Sequence record: MK965970.1
Strand: one strand, 5' to 3'
Source of the DNA: Salmonella phage DaR-2019b
DNA length: 24,000 nt
Positions 1 through 7,816 of this stretch are shown here, piece by piece. The translations under genes were made by a program, and so were the position numbers. The notes beneath the pieces were generated by a model. The model made no database searches. It saw only the letters and a list, made by a program, of their open reading frames with translations, and was not told where the DNA came from. Positions within the stretch are counted from its first letter, which is position 1. Every line of letters begins with the position of its first letter.

Positions 1-1131
1 CCTAAACTGGTTTATATTTATGACCAGAAGAGACATAATGAGAATATCTGTCAAGGACACCTGTACAGTAAAGCTATTGAGTGTTGCTCTAAAGCAATGT
101 ATCCAGATTTCTTAAGTGTGTCTGGTCATGGTGCTGTAGCAGAGGCTTTTGAGCGTTCTGGTAAGGTAATTTCACCGATGGGTTGCAGAGCCTTTTTATC
201 TCCATATCTTAATGAGGGTGGAGAAGAGTTCTATGTTGGTCGTGCTAACATTGGTGCTGTATCTTTGAACTTACCAATGATTTACCAGTATTCTAAAGAG
301 AATGGTTTAGATTTCTGGAAAGAGCTGGATAAGTACCTAGAAATGATTCGCAGCTTCCACAAGAAACGTTACGAAATGATTGCTAATATGCCAGCAAGTT
401 CTAACCCTCTTGCATTCACACAAGGTGGTCTGTACAAAGGCAATAAGAAACCTACTGGCAAGGTTGGCTGGGATATCGTGAAGTCCTTCACAGCTTCTTT
501 TGGGGTTACTGCGCTTGATGAGCTATCTGTTCTTGCTGAAGGTAAACGACTTCATGAAGTTGGAAGCTGTAGTTTTGCATATGATGTTCTGGAATATATC
601 AACATAAAGACTGAAGAGTTTAAAAATGAAGATGGCTTCTTATATGCGGTATATGGCACTCCAGCAGAATCACTTTGTGGAACTCAGTTAAAACAGTTCA
701 GAGATATGTTTGGCGTTATTAAAGGTGTCTCTGACAAGGAATACTTTACAAACAGTTTCCATATGAATGTTGCAGCAGACATCTCACCATTTGAGAAGCA
801 GGACTTAGAAGAGCCATTCTTCCATATCTGTAGAGGTGGTAGAATCCAGTATGTAAGAGTAGCTAACCCAGAAAACTTAACAGCACTTAAAAGTTGTATT
901 ACCAGAGGGATGTTGAAGGGTTTTTATCAGGGGCTTAACTTTGACTTAGCAATCTGTGAACATTGTGGTAACAGACCAAAGGCTGATGTTGAAGAATGTG
1001 AGGTTTGCCATTCACACGACATCTCTGTGATTAACAGGGTGTGCGGGTACTTGTCATTCACAAAGATTAAAGGTCAGTCTCGAATGAATGACGCTAAGAT
1101 GGCAGAAATTAAGGATAGGGTTTCTATGTAG
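1..1131 (+). CDS. nrdD: Anaerobic ribonucleoside-triphosphate reductase large subunit, 5'-truncated by the window edge
   Basis: Frame 1 stays open from base 1 (PKLVYIYDQKRHNENICQGHLYSKAIECCSKAMYPDFLS...), so the track start at 97 is probably internal. C-terminal Zn-type CEHCG...CEVCH and glycyl-radical motif RVCGYL. Confidence 0.93.
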   Translation, partial: PKLVYIYDQKRHNENICQGHLYSKAIECCSKAMYPDFLSVSGHGAVAEAFERSGKVISPMGCRAFLSPYLNEGGEEFYVGRANIGAVSLNLPMIYQYSKENGLDFWKELDKYLEMIRSFHKKRYEMIANMPASSNPLAFTQGGLYKGNKKPTGKVGWDIVKSFTASFGVTALDELSVLAEGKRLHEVGSCSFAYDVLEYINIKTEEFKNEDGFLYAVYGTPAESLCGTQLKQFRDMFGVIKGVSDKEYFTNSFHMNVAADISPFEKQDLEEPFFHICRGGRIQYVRVANPENLTALKSCITRGMLKGFYQGLNFDLAICEHCGNRPKADVEECEVCHSHDISVINRVCGYLSFTKIKGQSRMNDAKMAEIKDRVSM

Positions 1132-1138
1132 CATATAA

Positions 1139-1696
1139 ATGAATTACGAACTAATATATAATGCAATTATTAAGAAGGCACATTCTGAAAGGGGTGTGCC
1201 TCTTACATACTACAAATGTCAAGGTAAGGGTTATGAAAGACACCATATCATACCAGTATGTCTAGGTGGCGATAAAATTAGTGGAGATAATATTGCTTTG
1301 CTTACACCTAGAGAGCATTATATAGCTCATAAATTACTGGTTAAGATGTATCCAAACAATCATAAGTTATGGTTTGCATGGAACAGGTTAGCTCATGATG
1401 GCCTAGATAGGAAAATATCATCCAGAGACTATGAAAAGGTAAGAGCTTTGAACTCGAAAGCTTTATCTATTGTGAATAAAGGTAGGGTTTTCACTGAAGA
1501 ACATCGAAGACGATTAGGAGAATCTCAAATAGGCAATACAAAATCAAAAGGTTGTAAAAGGTCTATAGAAACAAGGAAGAAGATGTCAGAAGCCGGAAAA
1601 AAGCCAAAGGAAAAGAAAACCTGTCCTCATTGTGGCATGACTGGTGGTGCTGGTAACATGACTCGATATCATTTTGACAATTGTAAGAAAAAATAA
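1139..1696 (+). CDS. HNH homing endonuclease, free-standing, just downstream of nrdD
   Basis: YERHHIIPVCLGGDKISGDNIALLTPREHYIAHKLL matches phage HNH homing endonucleases; C-terminal CPHCGMTGGAGNMTRYHFDNC zinc-finger-like segment. Confidence 0.88.
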   Translation: MNYELIYNAIIKKAHSERGVPLTYYKCQGKGYERHHIIPVCLGGDKISGDNIALLTPREHYIAHKLLVKMYPNNHKLWFAWNRLAHDGLDRKISSRDYEKVRALNSKALSIVNKGRVFTEEHRRRLGESQIGNTKSKGCKRSIETRKKMSEAGKKPKEKKTCPHCGMTGGAGNMTRYHFDNCKKK

Positions 1697-1716
1697 CCTT
1701 ATGTAAAACTTGACAT

Positions 1717-1755
1717 GGTGGTGTGAGCCTTGATAGGCTTACATCACCTTTTTAT
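1717..1755 (+). terminator. Rho-independent terminator
   Basis: GGTGGTGTGAGCCT-TGAT-AGGCTTACATCACC (14 bp stem with wobbles) followed by TTTTTT. Confidence 0.85.
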
Positions 1756-1767
1756 TGGATGTTAGAT

Positions 1768-1884
1768 ATGGCAGAGAATATTATTGGGTTGTTCATAGGT
1801 TCTGTCTTACTAGGGTTCTTTTTAGGACTCTCTTATTGTGAGTTGAGAGGCAAGTTAAAATGTTTAAGATATCAAAAGCGTTGA
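1768..1884 (+). CDS. Small putative membrane protein, 38 aa, missed by the 60-aa ORF cutoff
   Basis: ATG GCA GAG ... CGT TGA = MAENIIGLFIGSVLLGFFLGLSYCELRGKLKCLRYQKR; one hydrophobic helix; overlaps the start of the 1860 ORF. Confidence 0.5.
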   Translation: MAENIIGLFIGSVLLGFFLGLSYCELRGKLKCLRYQKR

Positions 1885-2060
1885 TATACATACTCCATAT
1901 TCTAGTCTTCTTCTTTGGGGTTAGTGTTATGGTATGGGGTTTTTCAGACCCACAATGGAGTTTCTCATATCATGGTCAGATGGATTTATGGTCATGCTTC
2001 AAACCATTTTTAGGGTTAGTCATAGCATTCAGTGCATTACCAACTAAGGTGAAATTATGA
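1860..2060 (+). CDS. Small membrane protein, unknown function
   Basis: MFKISKALIYILHILVFFFGVSVMVWGF... with two hydrophobic stretches; overlaps neighbours at both ends. Confidence 0.6.
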   Translation: MFKISKALIYILHILVFFFGVSVMVWGFSDPQWSFSYHGQMDLWSCFKPFLGLVIAFSALPTKVKL

Positions 2061-2452
2061 TTAAGCTCAACCAAAAACAGTTAGAATGGATTAAAGATTA
2101 TGCCTCAGAGTGTGGCTCTTGTGAGAAGAATCACGTAAGGTACTCAACATTTCATACAGTTTTCACATTGTATGTTGGTGACAACGTTCTAAGTGATTCC
2201 GTAGAAGATGGTGTAGCATTGCCTAATGAATTGCTTGACAAATTAGCTGTAGTCACTGGAACTTGGTCTGAAGAAGATGGTCATGAACTATCTAACGATG
2301 TTGTCTTCTACAGTCTTGAAAACATTATGAATCCAGAGTACATTATGCTAATGACTTGCGCACAAGATTGTGTACCATTACAAAACTTCATTAAAGGGCA
2401 CTGTGAAGAATTTATTACTAAACAGGTTCCTTGTCAGGTGGTGTTTGAATGA
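2057..2452 (+). CDS. Hypothetical protein
   Basis: 131 aa ORF in collinear array, ATGA overlap with the upstream ORF. Confidence 0.7.
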   Translation: MIKLNQKQLEWIKDYASECGSCEKNHVRYSTFHTVFTLYVGDNVLSDSVEDGVALPNELLDKLAVVTGTWSEEDGHELSNDVVFYSLENIMNPEYIMLMTCAQDCVPLQNFIKGHCEEFITKQVPCQVVFE

Positions 2453-2511
2453 GTAAAACAATTCGAAGAAAAGGTTTAAAGAACGTTTATATTTATTGGT
2501 GAGGTGACTAG

Positions 2512-2997
2512 ATGAATTACATGGAGATTAGACCATTTGACACAGCTAATGGTGAAGGGGTTCGTGTAAGCCTCTTCGTAGCTGGTTGTAAGCATCACTG
2601 CGAAGGCTGCTTTAACAAGGAATCTTGGAAGTTTAATGCTGGTAAAGAGTTCACTTATGCAAACCTTTATGGCATCATTAAGTTAATGGATGATAATGCC
2701 ATCAGTGGGCTGTCAATACTTGGTGGAGAACCTCTGGATGATAGAAATATTCAAGAGGTTACCAACATATGTAAACGTATTAAAACCGTTTACCCAGAAA
2801 AATCTATCTGGCTCTGGACAGGTTTTCAGTTACATGAAAAAATTCACCTTGATGTGATGAAATATGTTGACGTGGTGATTGATGGTAAGTATGATTCATC
2901 TAAACCAACAGTTAAACCATATCGTGGTTCAGATAACCAAAACCTCTGGAGAAAAGAGTACGGATGGCAAGGTGATTGTCAGTGGAGAGCAGAGTGA
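2512..2997 (+). CDS. nrdG: Anaerobic NTP reductase activating protein (radical SAM)
   Basis: CKHHCEGCFN (Cx3Cx2C), LSILGGEPLDDRNI, TGFQ; NrdG-like length and motifs. Confidence 0.93.
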   Translation: MNYMEIRPFDTANGEGVRVSLFVAGCKHHCEGCFNKESWKFNAGKEFTYANLYGIIKLMDDNAISGLSILGGEPLDDRNIQEVTNICKRIKTVYPEKSIWLWTGFQLHEKIHLDVMKYVDVVIDGKYDSSKPTVKPYRGSDNQNLWRKEYGWQGDCQWRAE

Positions 2998-3093
2998 TTA
3001 TTCTGGCAAATGGACTAAGGTATAACTCCAATTGGTATCACTGAAGAAGAACTTCATAAGTTCTGTATTAAACTTTAATGAGAGAGATTAAAA

Positions 3094-3360
3094 ATGGGAA
3101 TTTTAGGTAATATGAAAGCTGGATTCTTGAAAGCACTGGCAAAAGCAGCAGCAATTGTTTCTATGACTGGAAAGCAGGTCGGTGTAGATGCTTCAGCGGT
3201 TGCACAGATTCTTACAAGCCAAATTGAACAGCAGCCTTACATCTATGTAGGACGTGGTAAAGGTGGTAAGAAACAAGCCCACAGCCAGTCTGGTGCAGCA
3301 GCTATTAAACGAGCAGCTAAGAAAGCTCGTAACCGTAAACGTAACAAGAAGGCTAAATAA
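3094..3360 (+). CDS. Small protein with highly basic C-terminus, unknown function
   Basis: MGILGNMKAGFLKAL...AAIKRAAKKARNRKRNKKAK; GAGAGA upstream as likely RBS. Confidence 0.7.
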   Translation: MGILGNMKAGFLKALAKAAAIVSMTGKQVGVDASAVAQILTSQIEQQPYIYVGRGKGGKKQAHSQSGAAAIKRAAKKARNRKRNKKAK

Positions 3361-3362
3361 CC

Positions 3363-3683
3363 ATGAGCAAAGTTTATAACACTCGCAAATTACAGATTTT
3401 CGTACTGTGCCAGTTTATGGCTAAAGAATATAACTTCTACTATTGTGGTACAGGTTTTATTAGCGATGATGATGGCTCATACCTACCATTCAAAGAAGCT
3501 GTGAAGCTCTTTAATGAAGAGAAAAACTCTAAGAAAGATATCGAAAAGGTCAAGCTAACCTATAGCAAGAAAGATAAGAAGATTATCTGCCTAGATAACT
3601 TTGTAAAAGTTACTGGAGAAGCAAAAGAGTTTATGGATGAGAGTGAGATTTCATTCACAAGCATCTTGAAAGTAGCTCAGTAA
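3363..3683 (+). CDS. Hypothetical protein
   Basis: 106 aa ORF immediately downstream of 3094-3360. Confidence 0.7.
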   Translation: MSKVYNTRKLQIFVLCQFMAKEYNFYYCGTGFISDDDGSYLPFKEAVKLFNEEKNSKKDIEKVKLTYSKKDKKIICLDNFVKVTGEAKEFMDESEISFTSILKVAQ

Positions 3684-3694
3684 ACAGATACTAT

Positions 3695-3723
3695 AAGGGA
3701 ACTGTAAAGGTTCCCTTTTTATT
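3695..3723 (+). terminator. Rho-independent terminator
   Basis: AAGGGAAC-TGTAAAG-GTTCCCTT followed by a T-rich tract. Confidence 0.9.
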
Positions 3724-3734
3724 TTGGAGATGAT

Positions 3735-4250
3735 ATGTATCTGTCAAACTTAAAACGTTCTGCTGCAATGTCAGTTCTAAGACTCAGCTTTGAGGAACGT
3801 CAAGAGTTCATTGACTCCCACCAATATGACCCTTCTAACTCGAATCACATGGTTCTTTGGAATCGTGATAACTTCCGTGAAAGAGCACTTGTCCGTTATT
3901 ACCCACACTACACAATAGATAACCTGTATGAATGGTGTGTTGTGAAGAACACTATTGCAACACTGAACAATCTTTGCAGGTATACAGGTAAGCAAACATT
4001 TACATTAGGCCACCACAAACCCGTTACAAAGGGTGGTGAGCATCACTGTGCGAACTGGTTTATCCAAACTAAAGCTGATAACCAGAAGCAAGGAGATAGA
4101 CTCCTAAGCATCCCTAAGATGACCTATGAAGAGCAAGAGAAATATATCAAAAATAATATGCCAGATGTGCTTGACAACAACTATACAGATTTGGCAATAT
4201 CTCTCCTGTTGAAGTTTGAGACAGTTTATAGGGCAACTTACAATGGCTAA
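3735..4250 (+). CDS. HNH-like endonuclease domain protein
   Basis: LGHHKPVTKGGEHHCANWFIQTKADNQKQGDRLL resembles the HNH consensus (GHxxPxxxGGxHxxxNW...NxxKGDR). Confidence 0.6.
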   Translation: MYLSNLKRSAAMSVLRLSFEERQEFIDSHQYDPSNSNHMVLWNRDNFRERALVRYYPHYTIDNLYEWCVVKNTIATLNNLCRYTGKQTFTLGHHKPVTKGGEHHCANWFIQTKADNQKQGDRLLSIPKMTYEEQEKYIKNNMPDVLDNNYTDLAISLLLKFETVYRATYNG

Positions 4251-4521
4251 AGAGAAGTGGGAGATTTTACCATTAGTCAGTGAAGGCGGTAATGGTTGTG
4301 AAATGTACATGATACGTGGTCATGTTCCAGAACCAATTGCACTTGAGATGGTAAACAACTTTACAGATGGCTCTTACAAAGACTTAGGGGAGCCAACTAT
4401 AAAGCAGCAATGGGTAAAGCCTGTACCAGATAGCACAGGTAACTGTGGTGTACTTTATCACGTTGTAGACCCTGCAAAATGCAAATCTGCAATGGCAGTA
4501 ACAAACGTAACTTTTGATTGA
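4243..4521 (+). CDS. Hypothetical protein (start revised from 4216)
   Basis: ATG at 4243 (MAKEKWEILPLV...) overlaps the stop of the upstream ORF (ATGGCTAA). Confidence 0.65.
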   Translation: MAKEKWEILPLVSEGGNGCEMYMIRGHVPEPIALEMVNNFTDGSYKDLGEPTIKQQWVKPVPDSTGNCGVLYHVVDPAKCKSAMAVTNVTFD

Positions 4522-5414
4522 GAGAGAAAACTATGAAAACTGTTATTGAAGCCGTCGTCACCGCACAAGAGAAATTCTTCCACACAGAAAAATTTAATAT
4601 CATTCAATTCCCATCTGGAGAAATTGGTGGAAACTTCTCTGAAGATTTTGTTAACTTTACTGAGCGTAATGCTGGTAAGATTGATAATGTTATACTTACT
4701 GTACAGGGATATGACAAAGACACACTGTTTGCATTAGCTTTGGCTAAGGATGCAGTTGACAGTCTTGTTCCCCAGAAATCAGCGATGAAAACCGTTGTTT
4801 TCGGGTTCTTACCAAATGCTCGATATGACCGCCACATGTTCAAAGGTGATGCAGCAGCACTGAAAGTCTTTGCCAACCTAGTTAATGCAATGGGTTTTGA
4901 TGCAGTATGTGCTCTTGACCCCCACAGTAATGTTGCAGAAAACTTATTTAAGTGCTTTCAAAGCATGAAGCAAAAAGATGTGGCAGTACACTTTGCAAGT
5001 GACCCACGCATTGATTTCTTGGTAGCCCCAGATGCAGGTGCAGCTAAGAAGACTGAAGATACCGCTAAAGAGGTGGATAAACCGTATATCACAATGTCTA
5101 AGGTGCGCAATCTTAAGACTGGAGAAATCACTGGTATGCGAATCCTTGACGATGTTGATTTGACCGATAAAACTGTCATGATTCTTGATGATATCTGTGA
5201 TGGTGGTCGAACCTTCGTAGAGGCAGCTAAACACCTACGTGAAGCAGGTGCAAAACGTGTGGAACTCTATGTAACTCATGGTATTTTCTCTAAAGGTGTT
5301 GAAAACTTACTTGACAACGGTATTGACCATATCTACACTACAAACACTTTAGGTGAAGCTAAAGACCGTGGCTTAACACATTACGCCCAAGTTACTGTAG
5401 CAACCATTGATTGA
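4518..5414 (+). CDS. prs: Ribose-phosphate pyrophosphokinase-like (Prs) protein; possible ADPR-PP synthetase of a NARP1-type pathway
   Basis: PNARYDRHMFKGD, DAVCALDPHSN, and PRPP-loop-like VMILDDICDGGRTF. Confidence 0.87.
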   Translation: MREKTMKTVIEAVVTAQEKFFHTEKFNIIQFPSGEIGGNFSEDFVNFTERNAGKIDNVILTVQGYDKDTLFALALAKDAVDSLVPQKSAMKTVVFGFLPNARYDRHMFKGDAAALKVFANLVNAMGFDAVCALDPHSNVAENLFKCFQSMKQKDVAVHFASDPRIDFLVAPDAGAAKKTEDTAKEVDKPYITMSKVRNLKTGEITGMRILDDVDLTDKTVMILDDICDGGRTFVEAAKHLREAGAKRVELYVTHGIFSKGVENLLDNGIDHIYTTNTLGEAKDRGLTHYAQVTVATID

Positions 5415-5423
5415 AACTTTATA

Positions 5424-5439
5424 GGGGCTTGAAAGCCCC
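5424..5439 (+). promoter_or_regulatory. Intergenic hairpin between prs-like and nadV-like genes
   Basis: GGGGCTTGAAAGCCCC followed by ATTTTGAG; weak T-tract, so possible partial terminator. Confidence 0.6.
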
Positions 5440-5459
5440 ATTTTGAGAGAGATTAAAAG

Positions 5460-7241
5460 ATGACTAAATCACTTTATGCAGTACCAGCAGGTTTAAACGC
5501 AGATGCTTACAAATCTGGTCATATTTACCAGTACCCTAGTGCAACAGAATACTTGATGTTCAACCTGACACCACGTAGTGATAAATGGTTTAACAGCCCC
5601 CTAGCAATTGATGGTGTAGTGGCTTTTGGTATTCAACGTTTTGTTAAAGATTACTTAATAGACCACTGGAACGCCACTTTCTTTGAACGTGATAAAAAAG
5701 AAGCAGTTGACGAAATCTTAGAAGTCATGAATGGTGTTCTGGGTAAAGATGCTATCGGTCGAGAGCATTGGGAAGCACTTCACGACTTAGGTTATCTACC
5801 AGTTGAAGTATACGCTGTAGAAGAAGGCACAGTTGTCCCGATGCGTGTCCCAATGATTGTCTTCCAGAACACTGTTTCAGGTTTCCATTGGGTAGCAGGG
5901 TATCTGGAGGATGCTTTCTCTGCTGAGATTTGGAAGGCTTGTACCATTGCAACTATTGCATTGCATTATAAACGCATCTGTAAGAAGTGGGCTGACCTTA
6001 CTTGCGACAACGACTTACATTTACCTTATCAGTGCCATGACTTTGCTATGCGTGGTATGTCCGGCTTTACTGATGACGCATTTAACGCTGTAGGCCACTT
6101 AACCAGCTTTAAAGGGACTGATAGCTTCCCTGCTGTGTATACGGCTAAACGAATCTATGGACAGTCTTACCCAATCTCTGATATTGGTAGTTCTGTACCA
6201 GCCACTGAGCACTCTGTAATGTGTGCAAACATTGCTTGGGAAGGTGGTAATGAGTTGATTGAAGAAGAAAGACGCTTTAAAGGTGAGTTGCAAACCTTCC
6301 GTCGTTTCTTAACAGAAACTTACCCAACTGGTATTGCAAGCATTGTTTCAGATACTTATAACTTCTGGAGAACTGTGTCAGAAATCTTACCAGCACTCCG
6401 TAAAGAAATTATGGAACGTGATGGTAAGCTGGTAATTCGTCCTGACTCTGGAGACCCTGTACATATTGTCACAGGTTATAAAGCAATCCACTTAGAGTGT
6501 GCTAAGAAGGCTTATTACGAGCATCTAAGCAAGCTGGAAGCTAGTGACACAATGTTGGATGCTGTTCTGAACATGAAGCTTGAAAACATCAGCTATGGTA
6601 TTGCTGGATGGCTACTGTCAGAAGGCTACGAAATGGTTGTTGACAGAGAAGACTTTGAAGTTGCTGATACAGTGATGTTGAAAAATGCTTATATGGTTGG
6701 TTCTGCAAACGTTGTAACACGTCCTGTAGCTGAAATTGATGGAGCTATTAAGACACTGTACAACATCTTTGGGGGAACTATTAACTCTAAAGGGTTTAAG
6801 GTACTGGATGAGCATATCGGCCTTATCTATGGTGACTCTATCACACTGGAACGTGCAAACGAAATCCTGAAGCGTCTGTATGAAATGGGTTTTGCAAGCT
6901 CTAACGTAGTGTTTGGTGTAGGCTCTTACACTTACCAGTACATGACTCGTGACACCTTTGCATTTGCTGTCAAAGCAACTCTTGCAAGCATTGGCGGTAA
7001 AGAGATTATGCTTGCAAAAGACCCTAAAACAGATAGTGGTGTTAAGAAATCTGCCTTTGGTGGTGCAGCACCTATGTGGGATGGTGATAAGCTGAAAGCT
7101 GTAGATGGCTATGGATTCCAGAGTTTTGCAGATGTACTTGACCACCCAGTTTGTGCTTTACGTTTAGTCTTTAGTGACTCTGAGCAGTTCGGTTACACAA
7201 CGCTTGGTGATATTCGAAATAATATTGACAAGCAGCTTTAA
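5460..7241 (+). CDS. nadV: Nicotinamide phosphoribosyltransferase family protein (NadV/Nampt-like; possible Namat)
   Basis: HDFAMRGMSG, SVPATEHSVM, KLVIRPDSGDPVHI, IYGDSITLERANEI, FGVGSYTYQYMTRDTFAFAVKAT: Nampt family signatures. 593 aa. Confidence 0.9.
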   Translation: MTKSLYAVPAGLNADAYKSGHIYQYPSATEYLMFNLTPRSDKWFNSPLAIDGVVAFGIQRFVKDYLIDHWNATFFERDKKEAVDEILEVMNGVLGKDAIGREHWEALHDLGYLPVEVYAVEEGTVVPMRVPMIVFQNTVSGFHWVAGYLEDAFSAEIWKACTIATIALHYKRICKKWADLTCDNDLHLPYQCHDFAMRGMSGFTDDAFNAVGHLTSFKGTDSFPAVYTAKRIYGQSYPISDIGSSVPATEHSVMCANIAWEGGNELIEEERRFKGELQTFRRFLTETYPTGIASIVSDTYNFWRTVSEILPALRKEIMERDGKLVIRPDSGDPVHIVTGYKAIHLECAKKAYYEHLSKLEASDTMLDAVLNMKLENISYGIAGWLLSEGYEMVVDREDFEVADTVMLKNAYMVGSANVVTRPVAEIDGAIKTLYNIFGGTINSKGFKVLDEHIGLIYGDSITLERANEILKRLYEMGFASSNVVFGVGSYTYQYMTRDTFAFAVKATLASIGGKEIMLAKDPKTDSGVKKSAFGGAAPMWDGDKLKAVDGYGFQSFADVLDHPVCALRLVFSDSEQFGYTTLGDIRNNIDKQL

Positions 7242-7255
7242 AAGTATATGATAAG

Positions 7256-7279
7256 AGGCTCCTACGGGAGCCTTTTTAA
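7256..7279 (+). terminator. Rho-independent terminator
   Basis: AGGCTCC-TACG-GGAGCCT followed by a T-rich tract. Confidence 0.92.
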
Positions 7280-7294
7280 TTTCTGGAGAAGATT

Positions 7295-7630
7295 ATGAAA
7301 ATCAAAGAAATGAACATTAACGTTGTCCTAGAAGAACGTTGGGAGAACATTAAGAAACCTGAAGATGGTAAAAAGTTCCTTAACAAAATTTTAGTAGCAG
7401 CTAAAGAAGAACTGACTGGCAAGATTGCAGCAGCAATCACAATAAAAGTCTGTGTAAAAGGTCTTCCACAACATCACCAATTTGCACTTGACGAGTTTAA
7501 AGAAAGCTTCTACAATCCAAACAAACAGATGCTTGAAAGTAACTTTGCAGTGTCTACAAGTATCGTCCATGACAGAAGCTTTATCCTTTACAAGAATATG
7601 AGAGGTGAGTCATGCAAGCATATTGGGTAG
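7295..7630 (+). CDS. Hypothetical protein
   Basis: 111 aa ORF with RBS TGGAGA directly after the terminator. Confidence 0.7.
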   Translation: MKIKEMNINVVLEERWENIKKPEDGKKFLNKILVAAKEELTGKIAAAITIKVCVKGLPQHHQFALDEFKESFYNPNKQMLESNFAVSTSIVHDRSFILYKNMRGESCKHIG

Positions 7631-7788
7631 AAATTTTACTGTCACTTGGTAGTGTAGCAGTATTTGTTTACCTTCTTTGCAAGTACTATGCAGAGTGCAA
7701 GAAGTGTGATTACTGCAACGGGGAAGGGTATACAAGAGCAGGTTGTTGCCCTATTTGTGGTGGTTCTGGTAAAATGTTTAATAAGTAA
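7612..7788 (+). CDS. Small membrane-anchored protein with DnaJ-type zinc-finger-like motifs, 58 aa, missed by ORF cutoff
   Basis: ATG at 7612: MQAYWVEILLSLGSVAVFVYLLCKYYAECKKCDYCNGEGYTRAGCCPICGGSGKMFNK*; N-terminal helix plus CDYCNGEGY...CPICGGSG. Confidence 0.7.
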   Translation: MQAYWVEILLSLGSVAVFVYLLCKYYAECKKCDYCNGEGYTRAGCCPICGGSGKMFNK

Positions 7789-7816
7789 TTTAACAGTAAA
7801 CTAAGAGGAAAGTATT

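Noticed and set aside
3777-5234. Several minus-strand ORFs of 60-96 aa opposite the HNH-like, 4243 and prs-like genes
   Set aside because: All lie antisense to better supported collinear CDSs in a single-direction gene array.
6618-7145. 175-aa minus-strand ORF opposite the nadV-like gene
   Set aside because: Fully overlaps a strongly supported CDS, lacks recognisable domains and is likely a codon-bias shadow.
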